A model generated the notes under the pieces. The model was not told where the DNA came from, did no database searches, and worked only from the letters and a program-made list of their open reading frames with translations. From Squalus acanthias (Eukaryota), in the NCBI GenBank assembly GCA_030390025.1, contig CM059432.1, forward strand, positions 49,850,001 to 49,914,000: 64,000 nucleotides of DNA, given 5' to 3'. The position numbers and the translations under genes are program-made. Shown piece after piece: positions 62,401 to 64,000 of the stretch. Position 1 is the stretch's first letter. Each line of letters begins with the position of its first letter.

Positions 62401-63049
62401 CGCCCAGGTCTGGAAGCAACTGGTTTGTGCACAAGCTTTTAATTCACCAAAAAAGTACTTCAGCACCAGCCAGACTACTCCTGTAGATTATTGAAACTTT
62501 AAACAATTAAAAATCACCCAAAATGTGTAGAATTTCAGCAACAGCCAGAGGAAAAAAACTAGAAACTAACCTGTAAGTAGTTGATGATCCCTTTAAATAG
62601 CGCTAGTGGAGGGTCCTTATTGCTGTTTAACATCATGTTCTGCTGTGTGAAGTTAAGAGAGGGCATAGGCTGGAGCGTGGTGCTCCAAAAGAGAGCCCCA
62701 TCCCCCCACCAAATTTATCAGAACATTTTAGAAGCATTCTGCAGGTATGCCAGCATTTGCTGAGAGAACAGATAGCCTAGAAATTCTAAAATGCCTCACC
62801 CATTTTTCAGGCGCAAAGGGGCGGTTAGGGATACAATATGACGAGCAACGCACCATGCCCATCCAATGCTGGAAGTGCGTCGGCCACCATATTGGATCGG
62901 ATGCCCCAAGGCATCCAAGACATGCGCCGGAAGCATGCAAAAACATCATTGTAATATTGAAACAGGGGTGCAATGCTGGTTATGGACCCTTTTCTGAAAT
63001 TGGTCTGCCCCAGGATCCTGCAAGAGCACTATTCAAAGGTGTCATCCCC

Positions 63050-64000
63050 TCAATAAGAACATAAGAATTAGAAGCAGGAGTAGGCCATACGGCCTTCAAG
63101 CCTGCTCTGCCACTCAATAAAATCATGGCTGATCTATGACCTTGACCCTATTTTCCCGCTCGATCCCCATATCCCTTGATTTCCCTGGAGTCCAAAAATC
63201 TATCTATCTTAGCCTTGAATATACTAAACGACTCAGCATCCACAGCCCTTTAGGGTAGAGAATTCCAATGATTCACAACCCTCTGAGTGAAGAAATTCCT
63301 CCTCCTCTCAGTCTTAAATAGACAGCCCTTTATCCCGAGGCTTAGCCCCCTAGTTCTGGACTCTCCAGCCAGGGGAAACAACCTCTCAGCATCTACCCTG
63401 TCAATCCCCCTTAGAATCTTATATGTTTCAATGGGATCACCTCTCATTCTTCTAAACTATTCAATTTCTCCTCATAAGACAACCCTCTCATCCCAGGAAT
63501 CAACATAGTGAACCTTTGTTGCACTGCCTCTAAGACATGTATCTCCTTTCTCAGATAAAGAGATCAAAACTGGGCACAGTACTCCAGGTGTGGAATCAGC
63601 AAAACCCTGTACAATTGTAGTAAGACTTCCTTACTCTTGTACTCCAACCCCCTTGACAATAAAGGCCAAAATGCCATTTGCCTTCCTAATTTCTTGCTGT
63701 ACCTGCATGCTAACTTTCCGTGTTTCCTGTACGAGGACACCTAAATCTCTCTGAACACCAACCTTTAATAGTTTCTCACCATTTAAAAACTGTTCTGTTT
63801 TTCTATTCTTCCTACCAAAGTGAATAACCTGACATTTCTCCACATTATACACTATCTGCCACCTTATTGTCCTCTTACTTAACCTGTCTATATCTCTTTG
63901 CAGGCTCTTTGCATCTTCCTCACAGCTTTGTATCATCAGAAAACTTGGATACATTGCACTTGGTCCCCTTATCTAAGTCATTAATATAGATTGTAAATAG
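63050..64000 (-). mobile_element. CR1 LINE 3' region (continues beyond the window)
   Basis: ORFs 63250-63447 and 63631-63954; (TTCTTATG)-type tail near 63053-63068. Confidence 0.88.

Larger units (their letters stand above)
58939..62690. mobile_element. Harbinger family 2, near-complete but decayed copy
   Basis: Left terminus (C)GGGTTAAATT; both genes present; the right terminus is lost or unclear. Confidence 0.85.

Overview
Vertebrate intergenic/intronic DNA made almost entirely of transposable elements. It is probably from a cartilaginous fish, inferred from HE1-like V-SINE, SacSINE/DeuSINE-like and shark-type CR1 repeats. I found no recognisable host protein-coding exon. The main feature is a cluster of PIF/Harbinger DNA transposons. 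Three full-length ~4.2-kb copies of one young family sit at 4869-9045, 14628-18834 and 29376-33628. Each has short GGGG(G/T)A(G/A)AAATT TIRs, a 3-bp TSD, an intact 386-aa DDE transposase and a convergent 3-exon Myb/SANT-like gene with a variable 54-bp intronic array. At least three older Harbinger families and TIR-bearing MITEs are also present. The empty target sites of the young copies share an extended consensus, and a 15-bp exact copy of one target lies beside another insertion. Other content: many CR1 LINEs (one with a 918-aa open EN-RT frame), a LINE whose endonuclease is preceded directly by a tRNA-like head plus its internally deleted SINE derivative, DeuSINEs, solo LTRs, a Gypsy pol remnant, a TA-flanked MITE, Penelope-type ends with degenerate hammerhead motifs, and a 33-bp minisatellite. 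Coordinates of degraded elements are approximate; no database searches were run.
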